Shown here: one piece after another, positions 10,843 through 18,308 of the stretch
Layout of the letters: every line of letters begins with the position of its first letter
Numbering within the stretch: the stretch's first letter is position 1
NCBI GenBank assembly: GCA_001724265.1
Contig: MEDY01000337.1
Location: forward strand, 1-34,540
Direction: 5' to 3'
From: Rhizaria sp. SCN 62-66
Lineage: Eukaryota
DNA: 34,540 nt
Notes under the pieces: generated by a model
Databases searched by the model: none
What the model was told of the DNA's origin: nothing
What the model saw: the letters and a program-made list of their open reading frames with translations, nothing else
Program-made: the position numbers and the translations under genes

Positions 10843-11633
10843 GGCGCGCAAAAGAAAGCGAAAACTTAATTAGCGTGCACGCTGCAATATGTGTTAAGTC
10901 GTGTCGTTGAGGCTACGGCGGTGGCGCTGGTGAGGGCGAAAGAGGCCGAGGAACCAAAGGAGCCTGGTGCCGAAGCGGTCTTTGTGATGCCAGGAAAGGA
11001 TACAAGACTGTTAAACAAGAAAACAACTCGCGAAAGTCTTTGTCACTTTTGAGAAATAAGTATGAATACGTTTGTTTACGTTTCGATTGGTTGTGAGCGA
11101 GTAGGGAGAGCGAGAAAGGAAATCGTTGGAAGGTTGGTTAGGAATCGTAGCAGCGAAGGAACTTCATGGTCAAGGACTGCATAGAGCTCCGTCAATTTAA
11201 ATTAGAATTCACCTCAAGGTATTCCCGCCAACAATACACCTTAATTCATAATTATAGTTCCTTAGACATGCTTGCAGCGCACACTTGACACTTTTTTCTT
11301 ATAAGAGTGACATTGTTCCAACGGCTAGCAAAATTGTTGCTCGTTCGCTGCCACTGCAGCTGCAGGTTCTCAAAAAAAGACTTGGGCGCCAAATCGGCCT
11401 TCCTAGACCAGTCATATCTCTATAAACCGTTCGTCAATTCTAATGAAGATATGACATCCAAGATTTATTACACCACCAATCTATAATATTTGAATGCGAC
11501 ACCTTAAGCTAACTTTGTTCCTGTCTATTTTCGAATCCCATCCCAGCCCACCCCACAGAGCTTTCCCTCCCTCTCGCTGACGCGTGACCCTCCTGCAAGC
11601 CCCTGCCTGCTGCTCAGCTGTCTGCCCGTCGTC
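10843..11633. promoter_or_regulatory. Divergent (head-to-head) promoter/5'UTR region between the giant gene and GCP4
   Basis: AT-richer spacer of about 790 bp between two outward-facing start codons. Contains E2F-like motifs TTCCCGCCAA (11222-11231) and GCGCCAAA (11386-11393). Confidence 0.7.
11008..11079 (-). other. Possible 5'UTR intron of the giant gene (72 nt)
   Basis: Minus strand GTAAAC...TTGTTTTCTTGTTTAACAG. No reading frame is available to test it. Confidence 0.35.
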
Positions 11634-14600
11634 ATGTCCCGCGCTGCTCTCCTGCGGGACGTGATCCTGGCACTCCACTGCGGCCCTTCAACCTCGGTCT
11701 CCTACACCTGGACCGCCCTCACCGCCCCCAGCAGCAACAGCAGCGACAGCAACATCACAAGCACTGCTGCTGCGGTCGTTCCAGCTGCTGACAAAGCCAC
11801 TACGAATGTGGCTGCGGCTGCTGCTGGCTCGCTTGCCGGCCCTGTGGCGGCCGGTGACGGCGACGTGATCGTCGCGCGCGTCCCCAGCGGCTACCACCTC
11901 TCGCCCTCCGTCCCCGCTCACAACACAACCCCTAACAGCACTCACTCAAATAACGCTGCAACTGCTGCTACTGCTGTCTCTCCCCCGGGGTCCGCGCTGT
12001 CGCCCGCCGAGCACCACGTGCTGTTGGCCGCGCTGGATGCCGCCTTCCTGGCGCACCGCCTCGAGTGCTTCGTCGCGCGCTACGGTAACCCCGACCCCGC
12101 CTCCTCACTCTGCGCCAAGTCACACGCGGGCGCCGGGCCGCTGAGTCTGGCCGAGGCGGACGCGCTGTGCGCAGGCGCATGGTCCCTGCGCCACGCGTTA
12201 TCCGCTCACAGTCACTCCTCCTCACACAGGCACAGCCACTCAAACTCCGGCTCTGTCTCTGGCTCTGGCACTGGTTCCGTCTCTGGCTCCGGCTCCGGCT
12301 CCGTGCGGCTGCCGACGCCGCCCCGCGTGCGCCCCAGCCCTGCGCTGGCAGCCTTCTGCGCGGGTCTTACGCGCTACCTCGACCTCCACTACCGCCCCGC
12401 GGTCGCCTCCCTGCTCGCGTTGCTGCCGCGCCTCGCCCCCGCCACGCTCTCACACAGTAATCCCAGCAGCAGCAGCAGTCTCCGCCGCAGCAACCCCAGC
12501 AGTCTTTACAGCAGCAACCGCAGGAACAGTAACAGCACGAGCAGCAGCGCAGTGTTCGAATCGGCGTCGTACTTTTTCGGTCCCGCGCTCGCGCAGACCG
12601 GCGCCGTAGCGCGCGCCCTGCTGCCGCCACTGACCGCGCTCGTCGCCCTGGCCAGCGCGGTGGTGGCCCCCGCAGCGCCCGTCGCCGCGCTGCTGCGCGC
12701 GCGCCCCGCGCTGCTCCCCGTCGCGCGCCGCGGTCTAAGTGCCTCCCGTGTAAGTACCGCGGTGGGCGAGTGCTGGCGGCGGCCGCTGCGCGGGCTAGCT
12801 ATCGTACAGAGCATCCATGACGCGGCCGCTCTGCTCCCGCTGCCCGCGCCCAGTGTGGGGGGCAGCGTGGGCGGTGTGGGCGGTGTGGGCAGCGTGGCGA
12901 GTGCGGGTGGGGCTGTGCACTGCGTGCTGCTGAGCGTGGAGACGGCGTTCATCACGCAAATCGCTCTGCTCTGCAGCCGCAGCAGCAGCAGCAGCAGCAA
13001 CGGCGACGGCAGCATTGTCAATAGTAGCAATCACTGCGTCGCTAGTGGGACTAGTTTGGGGTACTTACACGGGGTAAGTACCGGCGGCAGTGCGAGCGTG
13101 GACGTGGTGGCCGCAGCCGACCCGTGGGGAGAGTTGTTCTTCGCCCAGAGTCACGCAAACGCCCACCACGGTCATGGCCACGGCCACGGCCACGGTCACG
13201 GTCAGTTGGCTGCGCACAGGTACCTGAGTGGCAGCAGCAACAACGCAGTGTACGACAGCAACATTACCAGCCGCAACACCGACGGCGACGACAATGACGC
13301 CGACGACGACGCCGATGATGACGACGACGACGACGACGACGATAGCGACTACAGCGGCGTCGTCAGCAGCAGCAGCAGCAGCAGCCGCGGCGGCGACAGC
13401 AGCTTCCACCGCGGTGCGCTGGCCCGCCTGCAGGCCTTGATGCCGCCAGGCACTCTGCACGCCGCCGCCGCGCTCGCCGCCGCGCCCGCCGCGCCGCGCC
13501 TTCGCCCCTCGCGCCTGCCCTTTGCCACCGGCGGGACAGTCACGAGTTCCATCCCGAGTGTTGGCGTAGGCTCCGCGAGCGCGGCGGTGGTGGCGGGCGC
13601 GGCGTCGCTGGTGGTGCCTTTCGCGGCGGCCACGGCGCTGACCGACATCGTGGCGGCGCAGTACTGGCTCACGGTCCTCGCGCCGCCCCCGTCCTCTTCT
13701 GCTATATCGGCCACTGGGCATGGCCACTCTGCGGCTGCGGCGGCGGCCTTTGCGGCGGCTGCGTTCGCGGCCGTGGCCCGTGCGATCCGGGGCGTCACGG
13801 ACCCCTTTGCGCTGCCGCAGCTGCTGCTCTATAGCCAGGATGCGGGCCATAGTAGGGACGCGGGGGTGCGGGCGTGGCTGCGCGCGCTGCTGTGGGCGCC
13901 CGCGGGCGCGGGCATGGGCGAGGTCGCCGCGTGGGCCGACGCGGTGTCCGCGGTCTCCAGCATCATCACAGCTGACGACTGCGCTGCGAGCGGGAAGCTG
14001 TGCGGACTGCTGGGCATCACTACTGGCCACGCTGACGGCAGCGCGCTCAGTCAGCAGCAGCAGCAGCAGCAACAATTGCGTCTACTCCGGTCGATGCCCT
14101 CTGACGCTGTGCTAGCTCGCGTCATCGCGCACGGCCGCGCGCTATGCTTCTCTGCGGACGCCAATCTCAGCAATATCCAGGGCAATGTCGCCGGTACCGA
14201 CAGCGCGGCCAGCAACAGCAACAGCAATATGCTCGTGCCTGTATCTGGCCCAGGCTTTCCCGCCGACTCGAACCCCGCCGCCGCCGCTGATGCTGCTGCT
14301 GCTGCTGCTGCCGACGCGGCCGCAGTATCGGTGTCGGCTGCCGTATCGCTGTCGCCGCTGCGTCTGGTGCGACTTAACTTCCTGTGGCGCGCCGTGGCGG
14401 CTCTGCGCGCCGACGTCTCGCGCGCGCTGCTGACGCCGGAGCACTGCGCGCAGCAGTCGCTCTCTGACTACGGCGATGCTGACGGACAGCTATCACTGTC
14501 GCGGCCGCAGTCGCAGCGGGTGTTCTTCAGCCAGCAGACGCGGTGGCTGCTCGCCGGCGTCCGCGCGCTCGCGCCCCAGTCTAAATATCCAATTAGCGCT

Positions 14601-17600
14601 CGTGGCGTGACTCCGTCTGGCTCAGTGCCGCGCCCTCTGGTGCCCCTGGGTTACTCGAACGCTGCCCCTAGCTCTGACGGCGCAGGCTTGTCTGCGCGCG
14701 ACTGTGGGCTGGCCGCGGCAGTGCTGTTGCTGCAGCGCGTGGCGTTCTGCGGCGAGGGCGCGCTCTGGCAGGCCTTCCTCGCCGCCGCCACCACCGCTGA
14801 CCACGCCGGCACCGGCGTCAATACCGGCGGCGGCAAGGGCGGCGGCGACGGTGACGGGAGCGCGGGGGCGGCGCTCGCAGCTGCGGCGGCTGCGGCGTAC
14901 GCGGCGGCCATCACGACCGCCGCCGTGACCGACGAGACGCACACGCGCGGTGGCGGCAGCTCTGGCGCCGGCGCGAGTTTAAGTGCCTCCGGCGGTGTAA
15001 GTGGGTCTGGGGTAAGTACCTGGGCGCGGCTGGCGCGGATACTTAGCGTCGAATGGGAGAACGCGCTGGCCCTTACATCCAACACGCTGACCCTTACACC
15101 CGCAAGATGTGCACTTAGCGCGCATGCGAATGACAACGGCAACTGCAGCGGCAACGGCAGCGGCAGCGGTGCCGACAGCCCTCGTGACGCAGCGAGCGCG
15201 GCGGCCGAGGCGCGCTACCAGGCCCTGCTGGCGCAGACGGCGCTCACGGTCACGCTGCCCACTGTCGTCTACCCCGGCTTCGCGCACGCGGACTTCCTCA
15301 TCCCGCCGCCCACTTACACCGCTCCAAGTGCCCGCAACAGCGGCAGCGCGAGCGGCCCTCGCAGTACATACAGCGGAACCCGCGGGGGCGCGTTCCGCTC
15401 GCCGCCGCTGCTCACGGTCGTCGGCAGCGGCGCCCACAGCCCCCGCAATGGCGTGCTCAGTCTCGCCGCCGCGGCCCACGCGCGCCGCCGCCGCCTGCCA
15501 CTGCCTCCGTCACCGCACCCGCCACAGTCTCCCAGCAGCAACAGCAGCGGCCACGGCGGCTACGGCGTCTACAACGTTGCAGAGCCCTCGCTGCTGGGCG
15601 TGCGGGTGAGCGCAGGGCTGCTTACCGTGCCGCCGCGCCGCTTCTCGCTGCGGCGCCAGCTCACGGTCACCGCCGCGCTCGCGATGCCCACGGTTACCAC
15701 GGTCACAGCGCCGCACTCAGTCACCGCGGGCGCCGCGGGGGGCGGGCTAAGGGTCCCCTTGGCCGGCGTCAGCGGGTTTGCCGTGCTACTGAGTGACTAC
15801 TTGCCGATGGCCACCCCCGCGGCCGGGCCCGCGGTCGCGGCCGCACTCGGCGCCGCAAGCAGCCAGCTCAACTCCAACGCGGGCAGCGTGAGCGCGGGCG
15901 GCTTGGCGGTGCCGCAGGGCTTGACGGTGCCGCAGTGCTTGTTCGAGTACCCGCCCGTCGCCGGAGGCCTGCTCTCCGTCGAGTTCACCGCAGTCAGCAC
16001 TCCCCCAGGCCGTGTTAATAACGGCCGCCACAGCACCAGTCTCAGCAGCAGCGGCGCGGCTGTGTCGCTCACGGTCGCGGTGTTCCTGCGGCCCGCAGGC
16101 GGCAGCACTGCGCTGCCTCCGCACGGCGCCAGCGCCGGCAGCGGCAGCGGCAGCGCGCCGCGGCTGCTCGCGTCGGTGCTGGTGCCGCCTGGCGCGGCGC
16201 TCACGCAGGCCCTCACATCCCCGTCTAAGGGGTCACAGGGCGCTGAGGTGACCGTGAGCGCGGCCGGGGAGACCCTCACGGTCTCCTGGCGTCCGTCTGG
16301 TGTAAGTACCCCGCAGCAGCAGCAGAGTGTAAGTGGGTGGTTGGGAGTGCTTACGTGCGCGCTCCCCAGCCCCTTACACTGGCTCATCAGGGGCCCCGGT
16401 GCCACTGCGCATGTCACGCTCGCCGCCATCACCGCCACCACAACGGCGACAACGACGCATGCACCCGCTGCTAATGCTGCTGCTGCTGCGGCTGCTGATG
16501 AACTAAGTACCCCCTTAGACTGCGGCGGCGGCGTCGTGCTGCGCGCGCTGTCTCTGTCCGAGGCGCCCCTGCCGCCGCCGCCGCCGCTGCTGGCGCGCGC
16601 GGCGCTGGCCACGGTGGCGACGCTCGCGGACACCGCGCCTGCCGCGGCCCGCGCCCGCACGCGCGGCGCGCTCGCACAGCTTTTCGCGGCCGTGCCACCG
16701 CTTGACGGCGCCACGGCCCTGCTCTCCGTGCCGGCGCCGCCAGCGGACCAGAGCGGCGCCGTGGCCCAATCACACGGCGCAGCAGTGACCGTGAGCGCGG
16801 CGGCGGCGTGCGCGCTGGCGCCGGCGCTGCCGCTGCTGGCGGCCTTCGCGACGCCCGCGCCCGCGCCGCTGCCCGCCGCGGCGGCCGCCTTCGCCGCCGC
16901 GCTGCCGCTGCCGCCGCTGACGCTGGCGCTGCCACTGCCGGCGCTAGCGCCGCTGCTGCTGCCGCCGCAGACGCTGGCGCGCGTGGCGGCCGTGACCGAG
17001 ACGCTGTGTCGCTGGCAGCTCACGCGCGCGCGCGCCGCACAGGCCGCCGTCAGCGCGCGCAGGCTCGCGGCGGCCGTGGCGGCGGGCCGCGGAGCCGCGC
17101 GCGCGCTCTTGGCGGCCTCGTCGCCCGCTGCCGCACTTTACGCCTCCACGAGCAGCGCGGCCGGCGGCGGCAGCAGCAGGTTTGGCAAGTCTCGTCCGCT
17201 GTACGGCGCCGGCGCGGCGAGCGTCCCCGGTGGCGGCGGCGCCAGCGACGGCGGTGCGCCCCCGCAGTCGGTGTCGCTGCTGCTGCGGCGCTTTTGCGTG
17301 CTGCGGCACCGCGTGCACGCCTTCTTCTCCGTGCTTTGCAACCACGCGCAGACGGCCGTGGTCGCGCCCGCCTTTGCCGCGCTGCCATACCCGCTCCGCG
17401 ACAGCGTTACTCAGTCTACATCTTCGTCTCCGTCTGCGCTCACCGCCGCCGCCGCTGCGCCGGGGCTGTCGCTGGCGGGGCTGCGCGCGAGCCTCGAGGC
17501 GGGCGCCGTGGCCGCCGTGGAGGAGGGCTTGTGGGCGCGCGACGCCGCCGTGGCCGACGCGCTGCTCGCCGCGTGCGCCGCGCTCGACACCGCCGCCGCT

Positions 17601-17921
17601 GCCGTGGGCGCCGCCGCCGAGGCGGCCGAGGCGGCGGTGCGGCGTTGGGGCCGGGTCGCGGCCGTGTTTGCCGCGGGTGCGGGCCCGCTGGCGCACCGCG
17701 AGGCGGGCCGCGAGGAGGTCGAGGCCGCGGTCGCCGTGCTGGGCGCGGGCCACGCCGCCTGCGCGCTGCTCGTGCCGGCCGTCTCCGCGGCGGAAGCCGC
17801 CGCAGGGCGCGTCGCCGTCGTTGCCGCGCTCTGGCGTCAGCGCGCGCTGCTCGCGCCCGTCAAGGGACCCGCGGGCAGGGAGGCGCTCGAGAGCCTGCTG
17901 CTGCAGCTGGGCGCACTGTGA
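11634..17921 (+). CDS. TUBGCP4: Gamma-tubulin complex component 4-like protein (Spc97/Spc98 family), 2095 aa, intronless, highly expanded
   Basis: GCP4-like blocks in the expected order: LLRDVILAL (cf. MIHELLLAL), LSPAEHHVL, LAAFCAGLTRYLDLHYRPAV (cf. LRAFCTGLDSVLQPYRQAL), LRGLAIVQSI, DPWGELFF (cf. DQHEEFF), LLQRVAFCGEGALWQAF (cf. IIKDFYLLGRGELFQAF), LRHRVHAFFSVLCNHAQTAVVAPAFAAL (cf. LRNHMAFLVDNLQYYLQVDVLESQFSQL), and terminal LESLLLQL (cf. LAQLLLRL). Confidence 0.82.
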   Translation: MSRAALLRDVILALHCGPSTSVSYTWTALTAPSSNSSDSNITSTAAAVVPAADKATTNVAAAAAGSLAGPVAAGDGDVIVARVPSGYHLSPSVPAHNTTPNSTHSNNAATAATAVSPPGSALSPAEHHVLLAALDAAFLAHRLECFVARYGNPDPASSLCAKSHAGAGPLSLAEADALCAGAWSLRHALSAHSHSSSHRHSHSNSGSVSGSGTGSVSGSGSGSVRLPTPPRVRPSPALAAFCAGLTRYLDLHYRPAVASLLALLPRLAPATLSHSNPSSSSSLRRSNPSSLYSSNRRNSNSTSSSAVFESASYFFGPALAQTGAVARALLPPLTALVALASAVVAPAAPVAALLRARPALLPVARRGLSASRVSTAVGECWRRPLRGLAIVQSIHDAAALLPLPAPSVGGSVGGVGGVGSVASAGGAVHCVLLSVETAFITQIALLCSRSSSSSSNGDGSIVNSSNHCVASGTSLGYLHGVSTGGSASVDVVAAADPWGELFFAQSHANAHHGHGHGHGHGHGQLAAHRYLSGSSNNAVYDSNITSRNTDGDDNDADDDADDDDDDDDDDSDYSGVVSSSSSSSRGGDSSFHRGALARLQALMPPGTLHAAAALAAAPAAPRLRPSRLPFATGGTVTSSIPSVGVGSASAAVVAGAASLVVPFAAATALTDIVAAQYWLTVLAPPPSSSAISATGHGHSAAAAAAFAAAAFAAVARAIRGVTDPFALPQLLLYSQDAGHSRDAGVRAWLRALLWAPAGAGMGEVAAWADAVSAVSSIITADDCAASGKLCGLLGITTGHADGSALSQQQQQQQQLRLLRSMPSDAVLARVIAHGRALCFSADANLSNIQGNVAGTDSAASNSNSNMLVPVSGPGFPADSNPAAAADAAAAAAADAAAVSVSAAVSLSPLRLVRLNFLWRAVAALRADVSRALLTPEHCAQQSLSDYGDADGQLSLSRPQSQRVFFSQQTRWLLAGVRALAPQSKYPISARGVTPSGSVPRPLVPLGYSNAAPSSDGAGLSARDCGLAAAVLLLQRVAFCGEGALWQAFLAAATTADHAGTGVNTGGGKGGGDGDGSAGAALAAAAAAAYAAAITTAAVTDETHTRGGGSSGAGASLSASGGVSGSGVSTWARLARILSVEWENALALTSNTLTLTPARCALSAHANDNGNCSGNGSGSGADSPRDAASAAAEARYQALLAQTALTVTLPTVVYPGFAHADFLIPPPTYTAPSARNSGSASGPRSTYSGTRGGAFRSPPLLTVVGSGAHSPRNGVLSLAAAAHARRRRLPLPPSPHPPQSPSSNSSGHGGYGVYNVAEPSLLGVRVSAGLLTVPPRRFSLRRQLTVTAALAMPTVTTVTAPHSVTAGAAGGGLRVPLAGVSGFAVLLSDYLPMATPAAGPAVAAALGAASSQLNSNAGSVSAGGLAVPQGLTVPQCLFEYPPVAGGLLSVEFTAVSTPPGRVNNGRHSTSLSSSGAAVSLTVAVFLRPAGGSTALPPHGASAGSGSGSAPRLLASVLVPPGAALTQALTSPSKGSQGAEVTVSAAGETLTVSWRPSGVSTPQQQQSVSGWLGVLTCALPSPLHWLIRGPGATAHVTLAAITATTTATTTHAPAANAAAAAAADELSTPLDCGGGVVLRALSLSEAPLPPPPPLLARAALATVATLADTAPAAARARTRGALAQLFAAVPPLDGATALLSVPAPPADQSGAVAQSHGAAVTVSAAAACALAPALPLLAAFATPAPAPLPAAAAAFAAALPLPPLTLALPLPALAPLLLPPQTLARVAAVTETLCRWQLTRARAAQAAVSARRLAAAVAAGRGAARALLAASSPAAALYASTSSAAGGGSSRFGKSRPLYGAGAASVPGGGGASDGGAPPQSVSLLLRRFCVLRHRVHAFFSVLCNHAQTAVVAPAFAALPYPLRDSVTQSTSSSPSALTAAAAAPGLSLAGLRASLEAGAVAAVEEGLWARDAAVADALLAACAALDTAAAAVGAAAEAAEAAVRRWGRVAAVFAAGAGPLAHREAGREEVEAAVAVLGAGHAACALLVPAVSAAEAAAGRVAVVAALWRQRALLAPVKGPAGREALESLLLQLGAL
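13168..13386 (+). repeat. Coding microsatellite cluster: His-Gly repeat, poly-Asp (GAC)n and poly-Ser (AGC)n
   Basis: CACGGC/CACGGT repeats, a GAC run around 13320-13340 and an AGC run around 13365-13385, all in frame in GCP4. Confidence 0.85.
15265..16565 (+). other. Putative degenerate L-type lectin/concanavalin A-like beta-sandwich domain within GCP4
   Basis: Ordered beta-strand-like motifs: YPGFAHADF, LTVVGSGA, GVLSL, LTVTAAL, SGFAVLLSD, LSVEFTA, LTVAVFL, EVTVSAAGETLTVSW, VLTCALPSPL, AHVTLAAIT, VVLRALSLSE. Confidence 0.55.
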
Positions 17922-18308
17922 AGGCTGCTTCATAGACACTCTCACACGCGGTCGCGCGGGAGTATCGCAGCTGCGCCAGCTTCATAATCTTTCAGACTGA
18001 ACCTGTTTGACGATTTTATTGTATATTTAGTTGGTTTAGCATACATATACTTCTTTGATAGCTTTCACAACTCACGGTGCAAGTATCGCCAACAAAGTCT
18101 AGTGCTTTATATTTTCACAGTGCGCAGTCTTAGCGCACAGTCATCGTACAAAGTATGATGGCTAATGATGTCTTATGATAATCATGTGTACTTTGTATAA
18201 TTTAAAGAATGAAAACTAGATACATATTAAATTTCGCGCAGATTTCAAGACTAATGCGCGAATTCCCCTTATAAATTGCCTATTTCAGCATAAATATCTC
18301 CTCTTGTC
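17922..18308. other. Convergent 3'UTR/intergenic spacer between GCP4 and PIG-B
   Basis: 387-bp AT-rich spacer between two facing TGA stop codons. Confidence 0.75.

Noticed and set aside
12750-16350. GTAAGT sites in GCP4 as donors of tiny introns
   Set aside because: Distances to the next AG are inconsistent (15-35 nt), several would break the frame, and pyrimidine tracts and AT-richness are lacking. The ORF is open without splicing. Kept only as a motif finding.
18232-18239. TTTCGCGC E2F consensus
   Set aside because: Located between two stop codons in a convergent spacer; likely chance.
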